Assembly (NCBI GenBank): GCA_964016885.1
Contig: OZ024741.1
Span: forward strand, 389,670,001-389,734,000
Direction: 5' to 3'
DNA: 64,000 bases
Source of the DNA: Eledone cirrhosa
Taxonomy: Eukaryota
Below, in pieces: positions 1 to 12,777 of the stretch. Under the pieces are notes generated by a model that was not told the origin of the DNA, did not search any database, and saw nothing but the letters and a program-made list of their open reading frames with translations. Numbering within the stretch: the first letter of the stretch is position 1; each line of letters starts with the position of its first letter. Position numbers and translations under genes: made by a program.

Positions 1-1512
1 AGTTGGATGTGCTTGTTGACACTGTCCGTATTTTCAGCAGTGATATATGTATGCAGTTTGGTATTGGTAAATGTGGAGTCATTGTGATGAAGAGGGGTAG
101 GTTGAGCAGAAGTAACGGGATCCAAATACCAACAGGTGAGATGATAAAGGAAATTGACTCTGAGGAAGGATACAAGTATTTGGGCGTTCTGGAGGCTGAT
201 GGCATAAAGAACAAAAAAAGGAAGGAATTGTTAAGAACTGAATACATTCGGAGAGTAAGGAGCGTATTGAAGTCACATCTGAACAGCAGAAATGCCATAA
301 GCGCAGTAAATTCCCGAGCTGTGTCTATTATTAGGTACAGTGCGGGAATTCTGAGATGGAATGTTGCTGAACAAAAAGAAATGGATAGGAAGACTAGGAA
401 GCTATTGACTATCTACAACATGTTCCACAAGAGGAGTGATGTCGATAGACTCTACCTAAGGAGATCTGAGGGTGGAAGAGGTCTTATCAGCATAGAGGAC
501 TGTGTTCAGATGGAGAAAAACAACCTATACAAATACGTGACCTATAGTAAGGAGCCAATGCTCAGAACTGTACTGAAGGAGGGGACAGTAGGCCAGGGGA
601 TGTCCAAGGAGGAAATAACATCAAGGAGGAAGAGCAGCCTTAAGGGAAAATCCCTTCATAGTACCTTCTTTGAGAAAACTGAATTTAGAGATCCACGGAC
701 ATGGAACTGGTTGAGAAGAGGAGACCTCAAAAAGGCTACAGAAGGAATGCTAATGGCTGCGCAGGAGCAGGCCCTCAAAACGAAGTGGTTGAAGCACCAT
801 ATCTACAAGGAGGAGGCTAGCCCACTGTGCAGGATCTGTGGAGAGAGAGAGGAGACTGTGGCTCACATTGTGTCCGAGTGTAAACACCTAGCCCAGACCC
901 ACTATAAGGGCTGGAGACACGATGTGATGGGCAGGGTGATCCACTGGCACCTGTGCAAAGTAAACAATCTACCACATTCTGAGAAATGGTATGAGCATAG
1001 GCCAGAGGCGGTGATGGAGAACAGTCAGGTGAAGGTGCTGTGGGATTTTAGGATACAGACGGACAAAAAACTGGAACACAATAGACCTGACCTGGTGGTT
1101 ATGGACAAAGAAAAAAGATCGTGCCTGATTGTGGATGTGGCCTGCCCGTTCGACACGAGAGTGCAAGAGAAGGAGAGGGAGAAAATTAACCGATACCAGG
1201 ACCTAAAGTGGGAGGTGAAAAGGATTTGGAACTGCCATGAAGTCAAAGTGATCCCGATTGTCATAGGCGCACTGGGGACTATCTCCAAAGGTTTCCAGAG
1301 ATGGTTAAAGAAAATCGGCCCCTTCACGCTTTTTGGAACGCTTCAAAAGGCATGCTTGCTTGGAACAGCAAGAACCCTCCGATACGTCCTGAATATCTGA
1401 GGCTGCAGGTAGTGGCTTGATATTCAATCCAACGGACTTTCCAGTTAACCAACATCAATGACTGAGATTCAAGGAATAACAATAACAATAATAATAATAA
1501 TAATGATAATAA
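1..1512 (+). mobile_element. R4/Dong-like non-LTR retrotransposon (RLE type), 3' half, young copy (family A)
   Basis: Uninterrupted ORF 3-1400 with RT C-terminus (YKYLG), CCHC knuckle CRICGEREETVAHIVSEC, RHD and PD..D..K restriction-like endonuclease (RPDLVV..IVDVACP..KINRY); short 3' UTR ending in a (TAA)n tract. Confidence 0.9.
3..1400 (+). CDS. RT/zinc knuckle/restriction-like endonuclease ORF (5'-partial) of R4/Dong-like element
   Basis: 465-aa open frame running off the window edge, carrying the motifs above. Confidence 0.85.
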   Translation: MDVLVDTVRIFSSDICMQFGIGKCGVIVMKRGRLSRSNGIQIPTGEMIKEIDSEEGYKYLGVLEADGIKNKKRKELLRTEYIRRVRSVLKSHLNSRNAISAVNSRAVSIIRYSAGILRWNVAEQKEMDRKTRKLLTIYNMFHKRSDVDRLYLRRSEGGRGLISIEDCVQMEKNNLYKYVTYSKEPMLRTVLKEGTVGQGMSKEEITSRRKSSLKGKSLHSTFFEKTEFRDPRTWNWLRRGDLKKATEGMLMAAQEQALKTKWLKHHIYKEEASPLCRICGEREETVAHIVSECKHLAQTHYKGWRHDVMGRVIHWHLCKVNNLPHSEKWYEHRPEAVMENSQVKVLWDFRIQTDKKLEHNRPDLVVMDKEKRSCLIVDVACPFDTRVQEKEREKINRYQDLKWEVKRIWNCHEVKVIPIVIGALGTISKGFQRWLKKIGPFTLFGTLQKACLLGTARTLRYVLNI

Positions 1513-1514
1513 TT

Positions 1515-4500
1515 GGGCTGAATAACATCATAGATGCATATAACGAAGCTCCCCACAAGATTTGAAATAAATCGAACACCATCGACAAAACAATAATAAA
1601 TATACTAAGAAAACGAAGGAGAAACATAAAGGATGAGAACCAACAAGGCCTACAAAAACAAATTTTATACACGGATCGTACTTATAACACAATTTTCTTT
1701 ATTAAAATTGTGGACATGTGAGTAAAATTCAAGTTGAAAATCAGCCACAACATTACACAGAGTTTGAAATCAAAACAAAAAGAATAACGATACATGTAAA
1801 TAACAAACTTTACTGATTGTTTTACAAATGCTTGTATTATCAACATAACGGAAAATGTACACAAACTAATCACACAGATGTACAGACATTAGTTCTTTGA
1901 ACTTAAGGAAAAAATTGTACGATAACAAATGCGCACAAAACTGTAAAAACACAGACGCATCAAAGTTGATAGCCAACAAAAATGATAATGATATAATGGG
2001 CCGGACTCTAATCCTCAAGTACCAGTAATACAATCAAAAAGATACAAATGGACAACTGAAGAATATACTTCAATCATACACGTGTACCTCATACTCTAAA
2101 AATGAAAACATATATAAAATCTGGCAAAAAAGCAACCCACATTTTGAGTTAATACTTAACCCTAATAAACTAGCAAATTTAAGGAGATACATATTAAAAA
2201 CAAAAAATAAAATATCAGACACTGAAATGATACAACTAAAAAAAACAAATTCATAACGAAAACACAAATAATGATAATATAATAATTAACGAACATAAAC
2301 ATACAGAGAATTTAAAACATGACATAAAAACCGACATAGCCAAATAGATAAAGTAAACAACAAAATACAACAAGCCGCAACCATAAAAGACACACAGAGT
2401 GCTAATCAACAAAAACCAATTCAAAACAACACAACCAAAAATACAAATAAAAAGAAATATGAAGAAAAAGATGGAGAAAAAATAACCTCTAAAGACGAAA
2501 TTCAAGATGACAATAGGATAAAGAAGGAAATACTTCAAGTACTCCAAACAATAGGCGATTCCCCGATGGACCAAAGAGTGAATCTCCCAAAGATAAAAAT
2601 TAATAAAGTAACAACCCTTATAAGGCACTAACCCAGACATCACAGACTTAATATATATGAATAAAACCACTAATATCACAGATTTGAACAATATGATATA
2701 TGCAGCAGCCACTGTTGTTACAAAAGAAAGTGGATACCCTCCTAGAGCTATAGAAGCAAGAAAAACAAAACCCACACAAACATGGAAATAAAAGATACAA
2801 AAAAGATAGAAAATAAAAGAAAAGACCTTTCAATCTTAAACGAAATAGGAAAAAAGAATAAGAACAAGGAAAAAATAAAAACACTAAAAATATATAACAT
2901 AAAAAGAAGGGAAATCCCAAACAGTAAGGAAAGCCTTAAACAACAAATACTGGCAAAGGCACAAAGAATCCGGAGATAGGAAAAGTGCCAAAAGTTTTTT
3001 CAACAAAATCAGCTGTTTCACTCCAACCCAAAATGATTCTACCAAGAACTTAATAGAAACAAAATAGAAGTTCATGTAGCCCCGAAAGTAAAAGAAGTGG
3101 AAGAGTTCTGGAGAAGAATATGGGCAGAAGGAGAAAAGAAATTACTATGCACAAAACTAGCAAGAACAGCAAACACAGCAGACAAACAACTATGGGAGGA
3201 TATTTACAGCAGATGATGTGTCAATCACAGTGAGAGGGGAAAGCAACTGGAAGGTACCAGGACATTACAAGATCACCAACTTATGGATAAAATATTTAAC
3301 AGGGACACATGATATGCTTGCAAAGGAATCTAATGAAATTCTGAAAGAACCAGAAAAAACACCTGACTTGCTCACTAAGGGGAAAACGACCCTGATCCCC
3401 AAATTTTACAGACTCATAACATGCTTGCCTACTACATAGAAAACCTTAGCTTCAATACTACCACAGAAAATATCCAAATACCTGGAAAAAAAACAACCTT
3501 CTCCCAGAAGAACAGAAAGGATGCTGCAGAGGCTCATATGGCTGCAAAGACCAGTTGTTAATAAATAAAGCCATAACTGAAAACTGCAACAAAAAAAGAA
3601 ACACCAAAATCCCTCAGCATGGTTTGGATTGATTATGAAAAAGCATTTGACAGTATTCCCCATACATGGATACTCAACACACTAACCATGAATAGGGTAT
3701 CAACAAAAATAACAACATTTATCAAACATGCCACGAGTAAATGGCAAACAATTCTGCTGATACAAACAAAAGATAAAACAATAAATACAGAGTATACCCC
3801 AATCAACAGAGGCATATTTCAAGGAAACTCCCTATCACCACTGCTTTTCTGCCTAGCATTAATACCATTATCTGAAACACTAAACCAAACTGGGCTAGGG
3901 TATAAATGCTACAATGGGAAAATTAACCATCTCCTATATATGGATGATCTAAAGCTGTAAGCTACAAATGAAAAACAACTCCAAACTCTGCTCCAAACTG
4001 TACACGAATTCACAAAAGAAATAGGTGTGAAATTTGGATTAGAAAAATGTGCTAAGGCAACTCTGAAGAAAGGGAAACTAGTGAAAAGAAATAATATCAT
4101 GTTAGATAAAGAAACAGAAATAAGAGAACTAGATCAAACTCAGACATACAAATACTTAGGAATCAACTAACTAGATAAGATTCAACACACACAGATGAAA
4201 GAAAAGATTATAAAAAAATACAACAGAAAAATTAGGTTAATACTCAAAACTGAACTGGATGCAAAGAATAAGGTAATTGCTATCAACTCTTTAGCAGACC
4301 CAGTAATGAGCTACAGCTTTAACATTCTGAACTGGACACTAAAAGAACTAGCTAGAATAGATAGAGAAACAAAAAATATAATGACCGCATTTAGAATGCA
4401 CCATCCAAAATCAGACGTAGAAAGATTATACCTACACAAGGAGAAAGGGGCCTTATGCAACTAGAAAATTCTTATAAAATAACTACTGTAAGACTACAAA

Positions 4501-5200
4501 AGTACCTAATAAAAAACACAGGAAAACTAATACAAATAGCCACAAAACATGAACAAAACAAAAAAACTGTTATTGGTCATCAAGGAAGCCATATAATTCA
4601 AATCAGAAACTGGAGTAACAGATAATTGTGAGGAAAATGAAATCAAAGAGAAAACAACAATAGAAATTTTGAAAGACATAAAATTAAAATTGAAAACTGA
4701 CATCCAGAATGCCATGTTAAAACGATGGCAAGAGAAATCCTTACATGGCCAATACCCCAAAAAGCTAAATAGAAAGGCAGTAGACAAAGAAAACACACAA
4801 AATTGACTCCGAAGCACTGGACTAAAAGCTGAGATGGAAGGAGTCTACCTACCAGAGATTACCAGAATTACATAATTGTTTCTACTTTTGGCACAAGACC
4901 AGCAATTACCCAGTGCATTACTGGTACTTTATTTTATCGACCCCATAAGAATGAAAGGCAAAGTCAACCTCGGCGGGATTTGAACTCAGATCGTAAAGGG
5001 ACGTAACTATGTTGGAAAGCATGGCGTCCGACACTCTACCGATACTGCCAATCCACCGGTAGAGTGTCGGACGCCATGCTTTCCAACATAGTTACGTCCC
5101 TTTACGATCTGAGTTCAAATCCCGCCGAGGTTGACTTTGCATAATGAAACAAAGCACTATAAGTAACTGTAGAATATGTGGAGATAGGGAAGAAACAACC
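1515..5200 (+). mobile_element. Degraded R4/Dong-like LINE (family B, A-rich)
   Basis: Broken ORF pieces: [56 protein letters not shown]; many stops and frameshifts; interrupted by a SINE at ~4877-5140. Confidence 0.85.
4877..5140 (-). mobile_element. tRNA-derived Meta-domain SINE with fold-back duplicated head
   Basis: B-box GTTCAAATCC; Meta-like segment GACTTTGCCTTTCATTCTTATGGGGTCGATAAAATAAAGTACCAG; 84-bp perfect inverted arms; CATAAT on both flanks. Confidence 0.85.
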
Positions 5201-6320
5201 AATTATTATTATTATTTTCCATGCTAGGTGGTCAGTGCCAACATATGCATTGAAGTTTCCCATATTTTTTTTTATTTCTCTTTCTCTCTCTCTCTCTTGC
5301 ACACACTCACAAACAACTCACACACACTTTTTCAATGTGGCAGGGATTTTTACACAACACGTATAACAGCTTTAACATAGTAGATTCCTGTTGAGAAGCG
5401 GCAATAATTCACAGCTGGGTTTTGGGTGCCATTTTGAAAGCTTAGTAAACTGACCATGTCCATAATGCAGTACCAGTGACAGAATGTGAGCTGCTCACCT
5501 CTCAGCTATTTATTTGGTACACTATCAATCTACCCAACCATATAAGAAATCCTTAACAAAAGTAGGTGGCAATTTGGCAAAATCATTAAAGCATTAGATG
5601 AAATGCTTCAATTATTTTGTTCTGTCTCTCTACTGACCATCTGAACAGCCACAATGTCCCTTGTGTCAATACAACAGTTTATTAGTGTCTGCCAGCTTGA
5701 ACAACTGTATACCCACAGGAAATGTACCAGGTTTATGAAGGTTGACTCCTTTCCATTGTATCTCTGATGGAGGAAGTTGAATGGGTACAATGCCTTACCA
5801 AGGGGAAACCTGTAACTGCATCTTAAATTCAAATCTTTGTCTTTCATACTTTTGGTATCAATTAATAAAGTACTAGTCAATGGGTAGTAGGTTGGTGGAA
5901 TTATTAAAGTCATATAGTATGCTTTACAGTATCGGTTCTGGCTTTGTTCATTCAGAATTCAAATCCCGATGACCAGCAGATAGTACCAGCAATGGAAAGA
6001 CCAATGGAAACACAGTTTTCCTTGGATCTGATCTGATAATCAGTTCCTTTCCATTCCTTTTCCTATTCTTGGAGTGCCAAGGAAAATAACTTGAGTTCAA
6101 ACCATGTCAAATTTGACTTTGTCTTCACTTTCCTTGAGATGATTGAGCTCCACCCACCCACCTTCTCCAATCAACAATTAAAATTAATTTAATAAACTCA
6201 ACTTTTAGACCCCTTAAAATCTCCAGCTTTGTTACAATATTGATTTCTAATTTAGGTACAAGGCTAGAAAAATTGCAGAGGAGGGCAAACTTGATTAAGT
6301 CAAAAATTCTTTATATGTAC

Positions 6321-6496
6321 CAAGGATTTCTGGGTTTCATTTTCTCTTGATTTTTGTCTTTCAGGTTTAGCATTTGTTTTGTTTCTTCTTGGAGACAAAT
6401 TCTCTATGCTGTTTTCTTTCAAGGAATTTTCAGTAATGAGTCTCAAAGAAGAAAACTTTTCTTCTACTTCTATATCACTCCTGTTCTCAGAATATT
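6321..6496 (-). CDS. Host gene coding exon (EYSENRSDIEVEEK...ENETQKSL)
   Basis: Acceptor ttttttctttccag, donor TTG/gtacat; 176 nt open, phase 1 in and phase 0 out, matching the 9068-9304 exon. Confidence 0.75.
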
Positions 6497-6864
6497 CTGG
6501 AAAGAAAAAAATTAAGTCAAGAAAGAAAAGTAAAGAGAAACCATCTTAAATAATGAGGAAGACATCTGATTTTGATATCTCTGATAGACAAAACATTAGC
6601 ATAGTCATGGTTGAAGCACCTTTGAACAATAAAGGTAATAACAGCAGCAACTACAACAACAACAGCAGTAACAACAACAACAGTAGCAGCAATAAAAAGA
6701 AAAGAAGAAAATGTTAGTTATTGTCTTGAAGTAAGATTCTATACAATTTTATTTTTAGAAAAAAATGTGACTGGAATGATTTAATAGTACCTTCATCCTA
6801 TCACTGCTAGCTAATATAAACATCCCCTAAGAGCTACACAACATTTATGGTCAGGTCAGGCTTC

Positions 6865-7210
6865 TGCCTGCTACTGGTACCATGTAACCCAGTACAACCT
6901 GCACTATGGTCAAGTGGTTGGCAACTAAACTGGCTCCTTCACCAGATCCTGGTCTGTTGAGGAGGGTAAATGAAACCTCAGCAGCACAAAAAAAAACAAG
7001 AGCTGTTAAAAAGAGCAGATGAATTCCTTAGTCAAAGAATATCCGCTCCAACTGTGGGTTAAATAGCCTCATCAACCTGCAATTGACCAAGCATGGTTAG
7101 TATGGCTGCACCCTGTGAAGACATGATCAAAACTAAACAAAAAGTGGTGGAGGTCAACCAGGGAGAGGCTCTTTCAATAGAAGTGAGAAAACCCTAGATT
7201 GGATTGGATA
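6865..7210 (+). repeat. RTE 5'-UTR-like repeat fragment
   Basis: Similar to the reverse complement of 43800-43980 (CTACTGGTA..ATGTAACCCAGTACAACCTG..ACTAAAC). Confidence 0.45.
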
Positions 7211-7539
7211 CCATCAATAAGTTTTCTATTTCACTCTGATTAGATGGTCGGTGTCAGCAAATATTTTCATCATTATCACCAATATCATTACCATTTTACA
7301 TCTATTTTCCAAGCTGGCATGGGTTAGACATATTATCACCTCATGAGGCTAAACCAATCATTTGACCATGTTTAGATCATACATTTTTGTCATGGTCTCT
7401 ATGGTTAGATGCCTTTCCAAACACCAAACAGCTTTACAGTATTACCATGTCCATCTTATCATGGCACCAATATGGCACCTTTCAGATTGGATAGTTTGAG
7501 TCAGCAAAAGTTTTATCTTATTATAATTCCATTCAGAAG

Positions 7540-7775
7540 GATGGTGGGTTGGCAGAATTGGAATTGGAAGAGCATCGGACAACATGCTTTGCAGCATTTA
7601 GTTATGGTCCTTTATGTTGAGTTCAAATCCCGCCAAGGTTAACTTTGTCTTTCATCCTTACAGGTTCGATAAAAAAATTTTAAAAATTACCAGTAATATA
7701 CTGAAGTCAATTTAATAAACTTTCTCCTTCCCTTCAAATTGCTGGCCTTGTGCCTAAATCAGAAACAATTATAAT
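7540..7775 (+). mobile_element. Meta-domain SINE, diverged copy
   Basis: GAGTTCAAATCCCGCC B-box, CTTTCATCCTTACAGGTTCGATAAAA, tail GGCCTTGTGCCTAAATCAGAAACAATT. Confidence 0.75.
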
Positions 7776-7914
7776 TCTATTCACATCTAAGATGTTTTAT
7801 AGGAATATTAAATTGACTCCAATACTTGACAGGTGCATTATTTTATCAACCTTAGAAGAATGAGAAACAAAATTGAGCTCAATGAGATTTTAACTCAATG
7901 TAATCTAAAAGTCT

Positions 7915-8130
7915 GACTCAAGCCCTCAGGCCAGTACTTATCCCAGTTTTTGTGATGTGAAGTGACTGAAAGTACAAGACTTCTCCTTCAACAGGATGGC
8001 AGTACATCACAGGGTTAAGCCCTCAGCTATTGCTGGTACTCATTTTCAGCTGAGTATACTGGAGCAATGTGAAATGAAGTGTTTTGCTCAAGAACACAAC
8101 ACACAACTAAGTCCAGAAACTGAACTTACG
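7915..8130 (-). mobile_element. CORE-type SINE fragment
   Basis: Reverse complement of GTGTTCTTGAGCAAAACACTTCATTTCACATTGCTCCAG..CAGCTGAAAATG. Confidence 0.65.
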
Positions 8131-9067
8131 TAATGGACCATAACTGAATACTGCAAGTAATTTTCTCCTATATTCTAATCATTCAGGCAATCCAAGGTAA
8201 AAATGTATTTTATATCAGTTTTGATAATGAGTGTTCCAGTTGTTTGATCAACAGATCTACCTACACATTGAATTATAATGTAAACAGTGTTTGAGTATTT
8301 CACAAATACTCTCATCATCATCATCATTGTCATTTTAATGTCTGCTTTCTCTGTTAGTAAGGGTTGGATGGGTCTACATAGACCAAATCAGTACTGAAGT
8401 GGAGCTACTGATCTTCCAGATAGGCCAGAGATCTACATCTTCCTTATGTACAGTTTCACATTTTACCGAGTGCACAGGAAAGGTTGTCATGTCTTTGACA
8501 CAACTGAGAGTCCTCCCAGCCCTTTGTTTGGCAAGCTTTCTATGGCTGGATATCCTTTCTATCACCAACTACTTTAATATAATCCTCAAGAAGAATTAGC
8601 ATGACACTGTATAACAAGGCTAACCTTTGGAATTGTATACACAGTCTATCAGACAGTTTCCATCTACTCAATTACATTCATAAGGTGCCAATCAGTGATA
8701 TCAAAACCTAGAATCTCATGGTTGAGAAGTAAACTTTTTAACTATTAAGCCGTCATTAAAGGCAGTGAACTTGCAGAGTTATAAGAGTATTTGGATTAAA
8801 TGTCTTGCGGTATTTGTTTCAGTTCTCTGTGCTCTAAGTTCAAATTTTGCTGAGGTCAACTTTGCTTTTTGTCTTTTTGATTGTGACTGATGATCATTGG
8901 GTGAAGTGCCAAGTAATCCCAAATAAACCTACACGGTGTACGTTGTAACAACAACAATGACAACATTATCTTCATTCAGTCTGTCAGTACCCTAGTATGT
9001 ATATAAGTCAACATTTTCCTTGAAGTGTAACACCACACTTCCTTAGAAATTAAAAAAAAAAACCTAC

Positions 9068-9304
9068 CTTGTGAATATTTAGTGATATCCTTTGTAAGTT
9101 CTTTAGTGTCATTTTGGAGTTCAATTTCAAGATTCTGAATTTCATGGTTTATGTCTGTGATTATATCCCTTTTCATTGCTGAATTCAATTTCTCTTCATC
9201 TGTATGATTTTCAATATTTTTAGAATTTTCTGAAGTTTGTTTCTCTTTCATAGGATTACTCAATGGTGTTTCATCCAGAAAAATTGATTTGATATTTTGC
9301 TTCT
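9068..9304 (-). CDS. Host gene coding exon (EKQNIKSIFLDETPLSNPMKEK...KDITKYSQ)
   Basis: Donor AAG/gtaggt, acceptor ctaattag (weak pyrimidine tract); 237 nt, phase 1-1; overlaps ORF 8976-9263. Confidence 0.75.
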
Positions 9305-10099
9305 CTAATTAGTTTAGTATTTGAAAAAATTACAGAATTTTTAGTGAAATATAATTTCCAAATTGAATAAAAGCTGGAAATCCAACATTCAATAGCAACT
9401 AATCTGAAATTCTCTCTGGTTCATTTACACAAAATGTCTTCAATAGTTAAATTAAAACGTATCACAATTATATAAAAACCTTTAGTTATGAATATTTTTT
9501 TATGGAAAATATTTTTGACATGTACAGAGCAAAATTAAAATAAAAAATCCTCAACAAACTTTACACCTTCAATTGAACAGTATATCATGCAGAAAGGTTT
9601 GCAAATGAATTGCCATGAAGAACAGCTAATGATATTAGTTGCATTAATCATTCCATCTAATACAGCTGCTTCCTCAGGCAAGACACCCTCATCATGATTT
9701 GGTGAAGGAGAGCAGTAGCTTGAGGACTGAAGACACTGGAGAACTAAAAAACAACCAGCTTAAAAAGGAATCTAGCATTTGTAAAGTTATGCTCCAAACA
9801 TCAGCTTAATAATGACAATGTTAGTTATTCTACTTAATCCCTCCTTAACTATTTTATATACAAGCTTCCAAAATGTTCAAAATGACCCTGTCTGTACTAG
9901 CATGGTATTAACAGTCAAAAGAATTATAATATCCACTGTAAATTGTTACCAAAGTGGCAAATTAACAGTCATTAGAATGTCAGATAGAATAATTTGTTAT
10001 ATCAATTCTGGCTTTCTGCACTCTGAATTAAAATCTTGAAAATGTCAACTTTTTCTTTCATCTTTTCAGGGTTGATAAAGTACCAGTCAAGTGATAAGG

Positions 10100-10365
10100 G
10101 TGTTGGGCTTATGATCATAATATCACGAGTTTGATTCACGGACTGGGTTGTGTGTTGTGTTCTTGAGCAAAATATTTCATTTCACATTGCTCCAGGATAC
10201 TGAGCTGAAAATGAATACCAGCAATAGCTAGGTATTTAACCCTGCGATGGATTGGTATCCTGTCCAAGGAGGCGTCTTGTTCTCTCAGTTGTTTCATGCA
10301 ATGGAAACCGAGATAAGCACCTGCCTGATGAGCCTTTGGACTCAAAACAGACTTTAGACTCAGAA
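10100..10365 (+). mobile_element. CORE-type SINE, diverged
   Basis: GAGTTTGATTC B-box-like motif plus CORE-like TGTTCTTGAGCAAAATATTTCATTTCACATTGCTCCAG. Confidence 0.65.
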
Positions 10366-11964
10366 GTATGGGAGTTAATTCCTCTCTCTCTTTCTCATTC
10401 AGAATCGGATATGTTGCACTGTTAGAAGGATTATGTGGGATAACTTACAGCATTTCTTACTATGAAAATGAAGGATGGGTGAACAAGTGGCTTGCAACTT
10501 CTCATAGAAAAACCGATATGCTGGTGAAACCACCCAATGTCAGAATGAAATGCAGTATAGCATAGAATTGGAAATTAAAAAAGAATCTAAATGTTAGAAC
10601 TATTTTTTTAATAGTTGGATGCCCTTTCTAATATTGACCCCTCAACTATGAAATAATAGTTCAAGCTGAAGCAAATAAAGTTACACAAAGTTATGTTGTG
10701 TTGTATAGACTAAACTTTCCAATGCATAACATCATATCATCTTGGTAGATAATTTGGGGGTTTAAAGTTGTGAGACAATGGAAAAAGGTTGAATAGGGTT
10801 GTAGCCACTGCAGATGATAGCTTTATTAGCTTTACTATAGGAAACTACACAATATGTCAGCTGCAGTTTGATAACATCTGCCTTTCCCATTTGGTGGTCG
10901 TTGCGGGCCATGTTTGGTTTTCTGAGATTGGGAAGGTGGGCAGTTCATATTCAGTTTGTTGAATTTAGAGGTGGGTTGTCAGCTGGTTTAGCAGGAATCA
11001 TGAGTGTATGTTGGCATTGGGTTTAGGGTGTTTGCTAAGGGTTTTGGGGACAGATTGAAGCAATAACGATCTTATTTACATATACATACAGTTATACATA
11101 ATTATTCAGTAGGTAACTGTATATTAGACAATTGTATAGTATAGTAGTTTTATAGCTTGGTCACTGCAGTTTAATTTCAAACAAAGACCTTTTTTCATCA
11201 GTTAGTCAGGTGGAAGGACATTGCTCATGACCCTTTACAAGGTCACCAAAACTGGTCAGAGGGATGGAGGCATGGCTATATTTAGATATTCATGTGCTCA
11301 GGGCAGTTCAGGTTTGGGAGTGCCCAGGGCTGTTCCTATAGAGTCCCTGTTTGACAGGTGGTGCCCAGGGGATTCGCCTTCTCTGGTCTCAATAAATACA
11401 GCCCTGAATGGAAAAAGGTATTCTTATAGCCCAAATGCTTGCAATAGAATGGACTCTACTAAAGCAACTAAGAGCCAGATGGTAGTAGTTAAACCAGGTG
11501 ACTGATTAAGTAGGCCATGGAGGGATTTTAACTCAGAATACAAAGAGAAGAACAAATACTACAAAGTATGTATGTAACACTAATGATTTTGCTAGTCCAT
11601 CATTCTAGACAAGAGTGTTATTTATCAACCCCCCAAAAATAAAAGGTAATTTGAACTCAGAAGACGTAGAACCAGAATGAATGCCACAAAGCACTTTGTC
11701 TAATATAATGTTTCTGACAATTCACTACTGACGTTAGTTGCCAGGTATCTTAACATTTCAAACATCCTGCATTTTTTTTTTCTTGTATTTTCTGGGTTTT
11801 TATTTTCATTTTAAATGGAGACAAAAAAATAATAATTTGCTAGAAATGATAAATGACTGACCAGAAATATCTAGAAATAATATATTAGCCAGAAATAAAT
11901 ATGAAATACTGACCAGAAACATCTAGAAAAGATATATTTATCAGAAATATATATGAAATACTGT

Positions 11965-12250
11965 GCATGGCTTGTAATTGTGATGTTGTGAGTTTGATTC
12001 CTGGACCAGATGATGCATTGTGTCCTTGAGCAAGACACATTATTTCATGTTGCTCCAGTTTACTCAGCTGTAGAAATGAGTTGTGACATCACTGATGCCA
12101 AGCTGTATCAGCCTTTACCTTTCCCTTGGACAACATCGGCTGACTACTGGTCTTCCACAAAGAAAACCTTGCCCAGATTTGTGCCTCAGAGAGGAACTGT
12201 CTAGGTGTAAATCCCATGGTTATTTGTGACCAAAGGAGTCTTTAGCCTCC
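11965..12250 (+). mobile_element. CORE-type SINE with a different 3' tail
   Basis: CORE-like TGTCCTTGAGCAAGACAC..CTCAGCTGTAGAAATGAG; the tail recurs at ~13265-13380. Confidence 0.65.
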
Positions 12251-12308
12251 CTGGCCCGAAATATAAATGATGCATTGACTGACCCAGAAATATTAATGAA
12301 ATACTAAC

Positions 12309-12512
12309 CAGAAGATATCAGGGACTTATCTATAGGTTTCATGTCTAAAGCTTCAAGGTTGTTCAGAACAGAATCTTCAACATTAGATGGTGATGTCGGG
12401 GGAACAGTATGGCTTCGAGTAATGATGTTACTTTTATCTGAGCTGGTGTTTGTTAACAGACCCTGGATACTATTCCAAGAGGAGAACTTTTTCATAGCTT
12501 GGCCTTTGATAC
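12309..12512 (-). CDS. Host gene coding exon (GIKGQAMKKFSSWNSIQG...KSLISS)
   Basis: Acceptor ttctcttctttttcatccattaag, donor CTG/gttagt; 204 nt, phase 1-1; overlaps ORF 12304-12495. Confidence 0.8.
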
Positions 12513-12777
12513 CTTAATGGATGAAAAAGAAGAGAAAATTCTATTCAAATCAAATATAAGATTATTTCAGGTATTTTTGCTGTCGTTTTTTTCCCTAAAA
12601 TTTTAAAATAAAAAAAATTCTATGATGCTGTTACTTCTGGTGTCAGTGAAAGGTTTCTTGAGTCAATGGATGATTCTCTAATTTCATCAGCTACACACAC
12701 ACACACAGAGTAGTACGTGTGTATTTATACAAATATGTATTATCACTGGAATTCTATAAGAATCCAGCTTCTATAAA

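Noticed and set aside
2251-2920. Hydrophobic Phe/Ile-rich minus-strand ORFs resembling membrane proteins
   Set aside because: Antisense of the A-rich R4-like LINE; compositional artefact
5608-5913. Possible next or last exon of the host gene
   Set aside because: The nearest AG in phase 0 gives VSPW* and lacks a good pyrimidine tract; cannot be supported
10860-11510. Possible old LINE/Penelope fragments
   Set aside because: Too degraded to classify; only faint RTE-like words (VESILL, HLSNRD)
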